A stretch of DNA of 64,000 nucleotides. Source: Amoebidium appalachense. Taxonomy: Eukaryota > Protista > Ichthyosporea. Made by a program: the position numbers and the translations under genes. Below are positions 48,579 through 64,000 of the stretch, in pieces. The stretch is from positions 2,542,001-2,606,000 of the forward strand of contig CAVNZM010000015.1 of assembly GCA_963693365.1 (NCBI GenBank), written 5' to 3'. The notes under the pieces are model-generated. The model worked only from the letters and a program-made list of their open reading frames with translations, had not been told where the DNA came from and ran no database searches. Position 1 is the stretch's first letter. Each line of letters starts with the position of its first letter.

Positions 48579-49713
48579 ATGGAGCTGCTGCAAGATGCCC
48601 TCGACCATCATTTGCACGACACCACGCACACACACCCGAGCGTCGAGATGGTAGGCATTGAGTGCCGTCTGCCCTTCTCCGACCCGACCCAGGGCCGTCA
48701 CCCGCCGCACACCCCTACAGCTACCGGAGAGCCCCCATGTCCGGCGCAAAGCAGACCCACTGCCCGAACATGACCTTTCACAGTACACCCTCCATAGTGT
48801 GCTCTATAGGACCAAGGGCACCACCATACAGCTAGCAAGCCCGCATACAGATCCCGACACCATGGCGGTGCTCAAAATAGGCTACGGCAGCGCACCCGCC
48901 CTTAAATGGGAGGCTACGGTGCACGCGCGGTTGCCCCCCCACCCCAACATGGTGCGGCCTATGGGTGTGGTGAAGGGTGCTGACTGCTTTGTTCTTATCA
49001 CCGAATATCTTGCTGGGGGTGACCTACTCAGTAACATCACGCAATTTGCAAAGTACCCTACCAAGGCCCTTACTGCTTTGCAGGTCTGGCGGCCGCCTTG
49101 GCGCACATGCATAGACATGGGTTTGTGCACAGAGACATCAAGCCGGAGAATGCAGGCCTGTGCGAGGTTACAGGCACGGTGAAGTTGATGGACTTGGGCT
49201 TTGCAGGTCAGCTGGGTGCCGCAGAGAAGGGAGTGTGTGACCATGGGGCCTGTTCGGTCATGGGCACCCCCCAGTATATGGCCCCAGAGCTCTTTGCTGT
49301 GATTGCGGCTGCTGCCATTCCCACACCCCCGGCGTCACCCGGCACAAAGGGCCTGGACTGGTATGCGGCCGACGTGTGGTCATTGGGCATGCTGCTGTTT
49401 GCACTGCATGGTGTTTTTCCATGGCGGGTTGCGAACCCCGTTGCGAGCAATGAATATTCGGCATATCTGCGGCATATCCAAAAAAACCCCACGGGGGCAG
49501 GCATGGAGGCATGTGCCTGAGCCCATCCTTCCCCTACTCATGGCAATGTTGCAGCCAAACCCTAAGATGAGACCAACGGCACAGGAAGTGGCTGAGGAGT
49601 GTAAAAGGGTGAGGGAGGTGGGGGTGGAAGAGGAGAGGGGGCCCTTCGAGAATTTGCTGGAAACACTAGGCACGTGGGCACAGGCCGTCAGTGCCACCCT
49701 GGCTGGTCACTAA
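48579..49713 (+). pseudogene. Ser/Thr protein kinase interrupted by two frameshifts (pseudogene or assembly error)
   Basis: Three consecutive frames give AVLK, E, LPPHPNMV, EYLAGGDL | LAHMHRHGFVHRDIKPEN, DLG, GTPQYMAPE, DVWSLG, FPW | MLQPNPKMRPTA. Frame breaks at ~49035-49085 (-1) and ~49480-49500 (+1, A7/G5 runs). A possible first intron 48651-48720 links ATG 48579 in frame. No GxGxxG loop. Confidence 0.8.
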
Positions 49714-50847
49714 CTAAAATTTAAAGGGAGAGGGGGGAGGGGGAGGGGGGACGTGGCGCTCTTTTGTGTGTGTGTGTGTTTTGTGGGGGGAGGGGGAGTA
49801 TGATGGTTTGTGCACATTTTCCCATATAAGGCAACTGTACAAAATCGAAAACCCGTGAAGTCCGGGTACGTGTAAGTGACCATTTGGTATATGGGAGTCG
49901 TTTGGGCATAGGGGTTAAGCATGTCACGGAAACGGTGATGGATTCTGAAGATATCATATTGAATGTGACTAGTGGTATTGCATGGAATGTGTATGAAGAT
50001 GTATTGTCAACGTAATTTAGGTATGAATGTGCGCTAAAAATGTTGTGTTGTAGTAGATTGGCAGGATAAATTTTTCTCTGCGACCGTTGGAAAAGAAGAT
50101 TCGGCGCCTAAACACACTAATACATATACGCACAAGGGCTAATAAGAATCGTCAGATATTTACCGTACGTGCTGAAGGGTACGTATGAGGTACGTGCCGG
50201 ATCAACTCAGCCACTCGCAGAATTAAAAGGCTTTGAAATAAAAGAAACTTCAGATATGTACTTGCAATGTGCCGTAATACTCGCCATAGGTGCTGAACCG
50301 TTGTGAAACGGCAGTGTCCGGAGGAGGGGCGGGCGGGGGGAGGGGGGGGGGGGGGGGGGGGGGGAGCTAGGGCCTCACTGGGGTGGAGGAGTGGGGCTGG
50401 TCCTCCCTTGTAGTTTCCCACAGATGAGTCAAAGGCACGCACACACACACACACACACAACACACACACACACACACACAAAAACGCACACACTTGCCCG
50501 CATTTGTACATGTGTAATATAACATAACCTTCCATGAAGGAAACAGCAAACCCCGACAACACCATTATATGCCTTTTTTGATTACACCCGTGCCCGGTTT
50601 ACGTAACCGTGTGTGTGTGTGTGTACATATGCCACGTGCCAGTGTTCATGAGTTCGTAGTCTTCCGGGGTGTGGTGGTAGCGGCGGAAGGGGAGAAAGTG
50701 GGGGAGGGAGGGAGGCCCAGGTGGGACGCCAGCAGAAGTGGACCAGTGTTAGTAGTGATGGGGGGCGGGGTGGGGTGGGGGGGCGATGAGGGGAGGAGAG
50801 GGGGGGGGGGGGAGAGGGGGGGTAAACCGTGTGGCCAGGGTTTTTTT

Positions 50848-50878
<31 letters not shown>

Positions 50879-51812
50879 GGGAAGGGGGGGGGGAGGAATG
50901 GAATGACCTTAATTTACTTTAAGGTGGCCCCTGAATTTGTTCAAGTAATGTACGCATTGCCGCATGGGTAACTGGGTTTAATGGGAACCAACAGTGTGAT
51001 ATAGATAACCAGTGTATACCATGGCCAAGCTCAAGTGCGCGGATCAACATGGACGATTCTAGAAGCACCGTGGTCTAGGGGGAAATAGGTTGGATTTGAG
51101 GTTCACTGAATTCCTATACTGGTGGAATTCACAATGATACGTGTGTGTGGTGTCTAATAATTATTTGTACAGGGTACAGATTTTTGAGTTTGAAATGGGG
51201 GGGGAGAGAGTTGTAAATATTGACGTCCCCCCTGGTGGTAACCCCCTTCCCCCCCCCCCTCCTCCCCAAGGTAGCCACAGGGGTGGGTGGGTCCCCCCCC
51301 CCCCCCTCCCCCCCTAGATCTTTTACCCCGCTGCATGCGCGTACTCATGGTATTAAAGAGTCCCCGAAGTTTTCACCCTCCAAAGACGGTATTCTTTTTG
51401 GCCACTGATGCTATCCCCCTCTTCTTCCCCCCCCCCCCCCCTCCCCCCCCATACACACGCACTCACGTGCACGCACACACACACGCACCACACACACACG
51501 CGCGTGCACAGTCACCCATACATGCACACACACACACACGTGCACGCGCGGCCGTACACGCACACGCACACGCCCACACACACACACACACACAGTGTCA
51601 CACACACACACAAACACACACATACACACGCGCGCGCACACACACACAGGCACACACGCGCGCGCGTGACTGAGCGGTGTCTGTACACGCGCACACGCAC
51701 ACACGCACACGCACACACACGCGCACACAGTGTCACACACACACACACACACACACGTGCACGCGCGGCCGTACACGCACACGCACACGCACTTCCAACC
51801 CGTTCGTGCCCT

Positions 51813-51844
<32 letters not shown>

Positions 51845-52012
51845 GTATGACCTTCAGGTGATCAAGGAATTCTATTAGTCTCAATCAAAGTTTACGTTTT
51901 GGCATTGTATGTAAACTGCTGCTGATCATAGTACTAGTACTCTTATGTGATCAGGTTATCTGATATAGTCACATGAAGTAAGCCTATGGGGTGGGTGGGT
52001 CCTCCTTCCCCC

Positions 52013-52043
<31 letters not shown>

Positions 52044-52417
52044 GCTAGCCGGAGGGGTGGGTGGGTCCCCCCCTTCTTCGGGGGAGGGGGGGGGGGGGGG
52101 GGGGAGGGGGACCCACCTGTTCAAAGGGGGGGTGCCCCCCCCCCCCCCCCCCCCCTCCCCCCAACGTTACTACTACCCCCCTGCCCGTTTCAAAACCAAG
52201 AATCCCTAATAAAGCGTGTACCGTATGTCTTCATATGCATGGTGGACCAGGGGTGAGTTGTCTGCACTCTCATGGAACCGATTCACACCGTTCAAAAGTC
52301 TGTATTTATTTTGCACCCGTACCCTGTAGTAAGAAACTTTAAAGTACTGTGTGCACGTGCAATGGCCCAATGGCGTACATAATTAGGCATATTCGAATCA
52401 TAAGCCTTCCGCGTAGG

Positions 52418-53054
52418 CTAGTATGAAACCTTTGTCACGGCTACAGGCAGCACCCTACCCGGGTCTCTCACACAGTGCTCCTCTACCCCCAGTACGGTCT
52501 GCCCTGAAAACATCACCGGCCTCCCCGTGTGCAGCCCACGCTGTGCCCAGCAGCTATCATAGCTGGAGCGGGGGGAGGGGGGGGGGAGGAGGGGAAGGGG
52601 GGGGGGGGGGGGGAGGGATGGGAGGGGATGAGATGGGGGAGAGGGACCGCGCCCGGGGGAGGGGGGAGGGAAGGGGGGGGGGGAGGGGAGGAGGAAGGTC
52701 CAGCGAAAGTGCATTTTCGTTGGTGTGAGTTAGGCCGGTGACGTGATGTGAGCTGTGAGTGGTGGCTGTATCCCAGAGCTGCATGCTGCTTTTTGATGTA
52801 CACGGTGTCGTGTGTGTTGTTGATGCCCATGATCCCACCTTACAATCAATTCTTCCTCCTTTTCCTTCCTAAAAACTCTTGATTTTTTCTTTTTTAGGCG
52901 GTAAGTTAAGGGAGGGGGTTTTAAATGTGAAGCAGAGGAGGCGGTGGAGGCCTTGGGAGGGGGGAAGGGGGAGGGGAGGGGAGGGGACGGGATCTTCAAG
53001 TCAAATCAAAAAAGGACCGGGGGAGGGGGCCGGCGGGGGGGGGGGGGGGGGGGG

Positions 53055-53112
<58 letters not shown>

Positions 53113-54185
53113 GTGTGGATGGGTTGTGGGTAGGCAAGGTAGGAGCAAGTATAAAGCTAACCGCTGTAAGTGTGTGTGTGTGTGTTTTGTGTGTGTGTGT
53201 GTGTGTGTTGTGTGTTCTTGTGTGTGTGTTTGTGTGTGTGTGTGCAAGTGTGTGCGTGTGTGCGTGTGTGTGTGCGTGTGTGTGTGCGTGCGTGTGCGCG
53301 TGCGTGTGCGTGTGATGTGTGTGTGTGTGTGTGTGTTTGTGCACGTGAGCGTACGCGTACGCGTGCGTGTGTGTGCGTGTGTATGCCAAATTTCGTCTAT
53401 ATGGGTGTGGTGTGTGTGTTGGTGTGTGTGTGGGGGGTGGATGGGGGGCATACCCGTTGTCGTACCACATTCCCGTATTATCACAGTCACTGGGTGTGGC
53501 CACCTTCTCTCTGCCCAGCTGCACCCTCACCTCCACCACACATCCACTAGCACCCCCCCTGAGCCGGGCAATCCTCTCGGCCTTCTCCCTCTTTCGGGTC
53601 ACGTACACACCCGGGCCAAGCATGCTGTTTGGCCCGGCAAGGCTGGCCCGAAACCCGGACTTGAGGATGCTCTGTGCCGCCAGCTGTGTTGTGCCGTGGT
53701 ACATGGTCTCATAGGTGCACCCATAGCCCTCGGAGTGGCCCGGGTAGCCACAGTCATTGCACCTGTGTGTGTGTGTGTGTGGGGGGGGGGGGGTTGGAGG
53801 GGCTGGGGGGGTAGGTGGGTGGGTGGATGTGGTTGGGTGGGTGGGTGGGTACGGGCAGGTCACGGTGTGGTCGGTGACTGGGAAGGGGCCAGGGGCGGAG
53901 AGGGAAAGGGAGGGGGAGAAGGGCGGGGGCCCGGCGGGGGGGGGGGGGGGGGGGGGGGGGGAAATAAAAGAGGATGGGTCGGACCCAAGGTAGCGTGAAC
54001 GTGAATTCTATACCAGTGATGCGTCCCCAAAGGCCCCTATAGTAGCATCGCCACCCTCTCATGGCCCAGTCGCTGAGTTCCACGTGAACGATGGGCAGAG
54101 GAGGTGTGTGGGTGGTCGGTGCTTTTTTATTCCTTTTCCTTTTTCTCAGGCTATTCATTTCATATTTATTATGGAAATTTTCTTT

Positions 54186-54245
<60 letters not shown>

Positions 54246-54420
54246 TTATTTTTATTTTTATTTTTATTTTTTGGGGGGGGGGGGGGGGGGGGAGGAGGGG
54301 GGAAGGGGGGGGGGGGGGGAGGTACATGTGATCTAGACTGTTGTGGCTGGCTGAGCGGCAGTACAGACAGAAGGTGCCCAAGTCCCTATGGCCCACCGTG
54401 TTAAAATTAAGGTGATGCAT
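52418..54420 (-). CDS. Gig2-like ADP-ribosyltransferase (PARP-catalytic fold) with putative N-terminal zinc knuckles, ~182 aa
   Basis: Secure exons 53762-53454 and 52562-52418: MYHGTT..AAQSILKSGFRAS....MLGPGVYVTR..EKA...VVEVRVQLGR.K...WYDNGYDSCW...GVEEHCVRDPGRV. This follows the Gig2 family pattern as I recall it (MYHGT..GF..S..GMLG.GVY.SR..KA...W...GYD.AW...G.EE.CV.DP.RI). First exon 54420-54326 (FCLYCRSASHNSLDH) fits in phase but is less certain. Confidence 0.85.
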
Positions 54421-56450
54421 TTGATTGGTCGAAAAGGTGCACAGCTGGTTTGACGGCTTTTGCGGCAGCACAGACGTGGGAAGGGGTGAACAGGGGAGGA
54501 TGGTGGGGTGGGTGGGTGTAGAGGAGGGGGGGGGGGGCTGTTGGCTGGTTTGTGGCCATTATACTGCGGTGTGATGCGCACATTTAATAAATGGCTTATG
54601 ATGGGCCAGCCTTATCATAAGCTGGGCATGTGGCAGAGAGGGCACCCTCCCTGCGAACAACCGTGCAGGCTATGATTAAAATTGAGGACGTCAACAATCA
54701 ATCCTAAGGGAAACATTTCTCCATTCACTCGACCCCTCACAGTAACCGTTTAGTTCGTAAACCACATGGTGTTGGTGGGCAAGTTGGCAATATCCAGACA
54801 TCCAATCACATTTGCAGCATATGATTATCACAGCGCACTATGGCATGCAAGTGAATAGCATCGATATCAAGCCATTCTAGGTATCACAGCACGCTGCTCA
54901 CAAAAACATTCGGTTTGGCCATTGAAGGGGGAAAGGAGGATTTGGGGAGCCGAAGGAGCAACGGCACGGTACCACCTACCCCATGTTTCAATCGTGCACA
55001 CTCGACTTAAACTTAGTCAGTGCACGTGCTGCAGCCCCACCCACACCGTTTCAAATCCTGAGATCCTTAACCCAACTTAAACTTGAATGAGATCGGAGCA
55101 ACAGGGCAATGCCTTATCGTTTACAGCCGTTTCTGCTGCCCCTACGTGCTACGGCCCGCTGCAGGTCTGCAGCAACCATGCGAGTGTTTTGTTTGTTGTG
55201 CTACCATGACATTGGCAGGTGTTTGACATGTTTTCATACAGTACCTGCCGAGAGTGTTGCGTGCACTTATGTGGCTGTGTTAACGTAGGTGCACTCTCTA
55301 TCAGCTTACGATCTTACGTAGCGCTACTAGCCATTTGAGTTCCGTGGAGGGAACTTGAAGCTGTGTACACGATGGTCGTGTGGTGTTCTGATTCACGCGA
55401 CCTGGGGTTGGTGGCAGTTGTCGTACTGGTGACACAAACACATGATATATATAGCTATATTTGGCTATATTTGTTCGTTAAAAGGACGTTTGTCCAATCA
55501 CTAGTGAATTATAAAATCTACTAATTGGGCAGCTGTCGCCGGTTCTTGTACGTGTTACGTAGCTGCCCCTAGCTCGCTGCTGTTGCATAGCTTACCGTGC
55601 CGTGTGCAGCAGCATAAGTAGGTGCCAAAACTACCCCTTCTCGTGCATGTATAAAGGACTCGTTTTCAGGCACTTTTTTGCCATGCTCTCTGTTTAACGT
55701 GTGGAGCTTTCAGCCAGCACCGTGCACAAACTTTCCACTGACACTGATATTTATGTGCACTGAGTGGCGATACGACAACCAAGGTATACTGTTTGCAACT
55801 ACCCTGCACAGCAACCCAGGCACTACCAGCGAGGTAACAGCTGTGAAATAAGATCGACCAAGCTCGCCCCGCAATATTCACTCTTGTTTTGTACTTGTTG
55901 TGCTTAGTATCTGGGGAGGAGTGAGGTTTAGAAGCTGGGTAGCACTATACATATGTATGTGCGTCTCCTATCTTCGCCTGCCCCGATAAGGGAGTGGGAC
56001 TGCACATGCATATGTGCATGGAGTCAAGCCATACTAAGCTATGCATGTAAGAAAGGTCAAGGGCCAAGGCAGACAAAAAAAGGGAGGGGCGAAGAGAGGG
56101 AATTTCTGGAGGCGGGGAACTCGAGAGGGGGGACGGGGGAGAAGGGGGGGGGGGGGGGGGGGGGGGGGGAGGGGGGGGGGGGCTGGTACTTGTCTGCCTG
56201 CACCTTGGAGACCCCCCCCCCCCCCCCCCCCCCCCCATCCAAGGCCTGCCTCACCAGCACATACCCCCATTGCCCCATTGAAAGGAATTTTTTTCTTAAA
56301 ACGAAGAACACATAAGAGACCATAATTACCATTGCCAATGATCTAAAAACTTCAACACGGGAAGGGGCGGGGGGAGGGGGGGATGTGATGTAGTAGTTCA
56401 GAGATAATAGCCAAATTTGAAGTAAATCCTCACATAGAACCCCCTCCAAG

Positions 56451-56974
56451 ATGCATGAAGAGCAGCAGCAACTGGCCAATCTGATTGGCCACAAGTTTTC
56501 CATGGGTGGTGTTACCCCCCGGAGCATCCACATTGTCACCTACAACACCCCCGTGCTCGGCAACACCTATGCACCGGGAAACATCACCTGGCACCAAAAG
56601 CAAACCTGCCCCGTCTTTACAACCCTAGGCTCTCAGCATGTTTACGAAAATTGGAAAACACTGCAGTCCCTGTATGACCACAAGCATCACTACATGGTAT
56701 TTCACGGTACCTCGACATATGCAGCATGCGAAATTCTCAGGGGGGTTTTAGTGCTGGGATGTGGAAATCGGACAAGCAGCATGACTACTCAACCGTCACC
56801 GTGTCTGTTGCCAGAGACTATGCAAAATCGCGCGGGGGTTCACAAGGAAACATCGTGGTGTGCCTGGTGCTCCCTGGAACCACCCACATCCACCACACCT
56901 CATCAAATGGAAATTCCATCTACATGACGAAAAACCCCCACCAACTGCTCCCCATAGCCCGGGTGGTGTTATGA
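56451..56974 (+). CDS. PARP-like ADP-ribosyltransferase-fold protein, intronless, with one frameshift in a G6 run
   Basis: Frame 1 ends MVFHGTSTYAACEILRG. The -1 frame continues GFSAGMW...DYSTVTVSVARDYA...GNIVVCLVLPG...SIYMTKNPHQLLPIARVVL*. Adding one G at 56740-56745 gives a ~174-aa protein with PARP-type HGT, Y-x-T...A.xYA, 'xxxC.V..G' and 'YVx.xP.QxLP' elements. Confidence 0.75.
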
Positions 56975-57237
56975 TGAGAAGTTAAAATTGACCGGATGTG
57001 AATTGTTGGATAAGGTTTTACTTATACCATAACCAATATATGGTATTTTCGGGAGGGTCCCCCCTTCTGTGCAGTATTGCTGACTACGTTCTCTACTAGC
57101 ACAGCATGATTTTCGTTAAATCTCGAAAATTTAGATAGTGTAAAGGGGGGGCTGGGGCTTTACATAGAGCAGCAATAAGGGGAAGAGGGTCGGAGGGAGG
57201 GACGGGAAGGGCGGTGAAGGCTTTGGCTTATTATTTT

Positions 57238-57283
<46 letters not shown>

Positions 57284-57675
57284 GGGAAGGGGGGATGTCA
57301 TGAGAGGTAGACCGTAGGCATGTATCGGCTACAGTATGTATTACAAAGCTTGACATACTTCTACGTCAGCTATGGCGTTTGGGGCCAAGAAAGAACTTCT
57401 TAGGAGAGCCAGAGAGAGGGCCTGCGGTGATAGCCATTTGAGAAGTATTGGATCCGTCACGGTACTAAATATATCCGTGTAATGATTCAAGGCAGAAACA
57501 AAGCTACAACACATTCACCCACACTCTTCACTCTCATCACTCCTTGCATCCTCTAGTGGCACGAAATCAAACACAATTTTTTTTTTTTTAATATTAAGCA
57601 TATGCACACACATGTATGTATGCAGTGCATGCATGCGCTTTCTTACGTGACATATTAGGTATTCATTGACAACGG

Positions 57676-57721
<46 letters not shown>

Positions 57722-58200
57722 TTATCGGATATATCTTCCTGTCAGTCATGTATGCACGGATGTACAAGACCTTATGCTGTCAATGAAATGATCAACGTTG
57801 CCAAGCAGTGGCCTGGAAATTGAGTCGGTGATTCTTAGGAGTCACATTTTTGCTACATGCAATTCTTTTTTGCATCGTGTGTGTGGTTGGCTGACTTGCT
57901 GAGGGCGGGAACAGGAGGGTGGAGGAGGCTAGGGAAGGGTTGGGAGCGGGGTAGGTGGGGTAGGATGGGGTGGGAGGGCGGGGGGAGGGGGGGGGGGGGG
58001 GGGGGGTGGGCGTATGTGGATGGGTGGGTGGGTGGGTTGCACACACGCACCAATCGGCAAAGGCGTAGACTATGAACACCCACAGACACACGCACAGTTC
58101 CATCTAATAGGGTCATCTCGGTACACACAGCTGCACACAAAAATACTATTCGATCATGTACAGTGTAACTTGCCAATGCAAATGTCCACAGCACATTGAC

Positions 58201-58242
<42 letters not shown>

Positions 58243-58552
58243 ACGCACACACACGCACACACACAGTGTCTCCTGCCCACGACAAATCAAACAGCACCCA
58301 TGGCTAGGCAACACCACCTGCACTCACAACACTTACAATCGTGCACACATGTATGCCCCATGCACGTATTTATGTACAGCAGCACCCCCGGGTGCCACCA
58401 TGGCTATACAGATGATGGGTGGATGGAATCAATCCCCCATAGGCTATAGTCATTCGCTGTAGTATTAGATCTGAGTGGCGGTGTTCATAATAAGCCATGC
58501 AAACAGTAGTAGCCCACCGGGAATAAATACAGGGATGCCGGTCTCTGTGCTT

Positions 58553-58644
<92 letters not shown>

Positions 58645-58954
58645 TGTGTGTGTGTGCGCACGCACGTGTGTACACATGGACATAATCAAGTATAAAAAGG
58701 TATGTATGTACCCACCAACTCAATCGAATTCGGTCAGAAGGAGCAATATATCGACCCCATAACACAATGGCTCCAGATGTCCCATAAATGTTGCAGTCCT
58801 ATTCCTACGTCTGTAACAAACTGGCTCAGGAGGCCACAACCACCCCTAGTTACACTACATTAACTACTCGACACAACAGCCTATCCGAACAGTTGTCTAC
58901 CATTGCATCAACACACACCCCTACCCCATACACTCACCCTCCACCCAATACCAC

Positions 58955-59100
58955 ACATACCCCACACATTCTCGCCATGCAAAACCACCCCTAGTCATCC
59001 CTACCCCACACATTCTCGCCATGCAAAACCACCCCTAATCATCCCTACCCCACACACTCTCGCCATGCAAAACCACCCCTAGTCATCCCTACCCCACACT
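58955..59100. repeat. ~43-bp tandem repeat, 3 copies, just 3' of COG3 stop
   Basis: TACCCCACACATTCTCGCCATGCAAAACCACCCCTAGTCATCCC repeated three times. Confidence 0.85.
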
Positions 59101-59140
59101 CCTTTTTTCTCCCATCCGCCCTCACCACACCACACCATAT

Positions 59141-63330
<4,190 letters not shown>

Positions 63331-63374
63331 CTGGGTGTGCACGTGATCAGTGGCCAATCAGAGGGCATGCACAG

Positions 63375-63625
63375 GCACACGTGTACACAGCTAGACATGC
63401 ACACGTGAACACTGCTAGACATGCACACGTGAACACAGGTAGAACACACGTGAGCACAGGTAGACATGCACACGTGAACACAGGTAGACATGCACACGTG
63501 TACACAGCTAGACATGCACACGTGTACACAGCTAGACATGCACACGTGTACACAGCTAGACATGCACACGTGTACACAGCTAGACATGCACACGTGTACA
63601 CAGCTAGACATGCACACGTGAACAC
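63375..63625. repeat. 24-bp minisatellite (CATGCACACGTGTACACAGCTAGA), ~10 copies
   Basis: Tandem copies just upstream (in transcript sense) of the COG3 acceptor at 63331-63332. Confidence 0.9.
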
Positions 63626-64000
63626 ATGCACACAGTTACAGGTACACGTGCATGCAGACAGACCATCACACGTGCATAAAGATAGACATGCACACATGCA
63701 CACAGTTAAAGGCACACGTGCACACATGAATGCAGCTACATGCACCCACCCACCCTCCCACATACCCACACCCTTATCCGCATCCACCAATCAGACGCTT
63801 AATCGTAAAAAGCATGCGCCATTCCCCCACCCCCCCCACCCCCTTTCGCCTCTGCACGCCTCACTCACACATGCACATATGGGCAAACACCTGCACTGCA
63901 TGTGCACACACGTACAGGGGTCCGTCGCGTATTAATGCATCCCCGTTTCTGGCCAAATGTGTATTAATACGGGACGTGTATTAATACGCGAACGCGAATG

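Overview
Eukaryotic nuclear DNA, probably a unicellular opisthokont/holozoan; this is inferred from the animal-like PKA, TRAP-delta and COG3 sequences and the organism cannot be fixed from this window. Introns are inflated by (GT/CA)n microsatellites, G/C homopolymers and minisatellites, so most supplied ORFs are repeat artefacts. By hand-splicing on GT-AG boundaries with consistent phases I recovered five intron-rich housekeeping-type genes: a PKA catalytic subunit with an extra ~170-aa N-terminus (-), a PQ-loop/PQLC2-type lysosomal transporter (-), an ornithine cyclodeaminase/mu-crystallin (+), TRAP-delta/SSR4 (+) and the 3' part of COG3 (-). Interleaved are five intron-poor accessory genes: a 926-aa secreted repeat protein, a MYND-finger protein, a frameshifted Ser/Thr kinase, a Gig2-like ADP-ribosyltransferase (ART) with a putative zinc-knuckle leader, and a second, divergently oriented, frameshifted PARP-like ART. 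Non-coding highlights are a ~685-bp foldback element next to a splice acceptor, a 3.2-kb 18-bp satellite, a minisatellite made of repeated branch-point+AG units, and introns whose ends are complementary or lack a polypyrimidine tract. The best candidates for something new are the ART pair (possible defence locus) and the repeat-based splice-site architecture.
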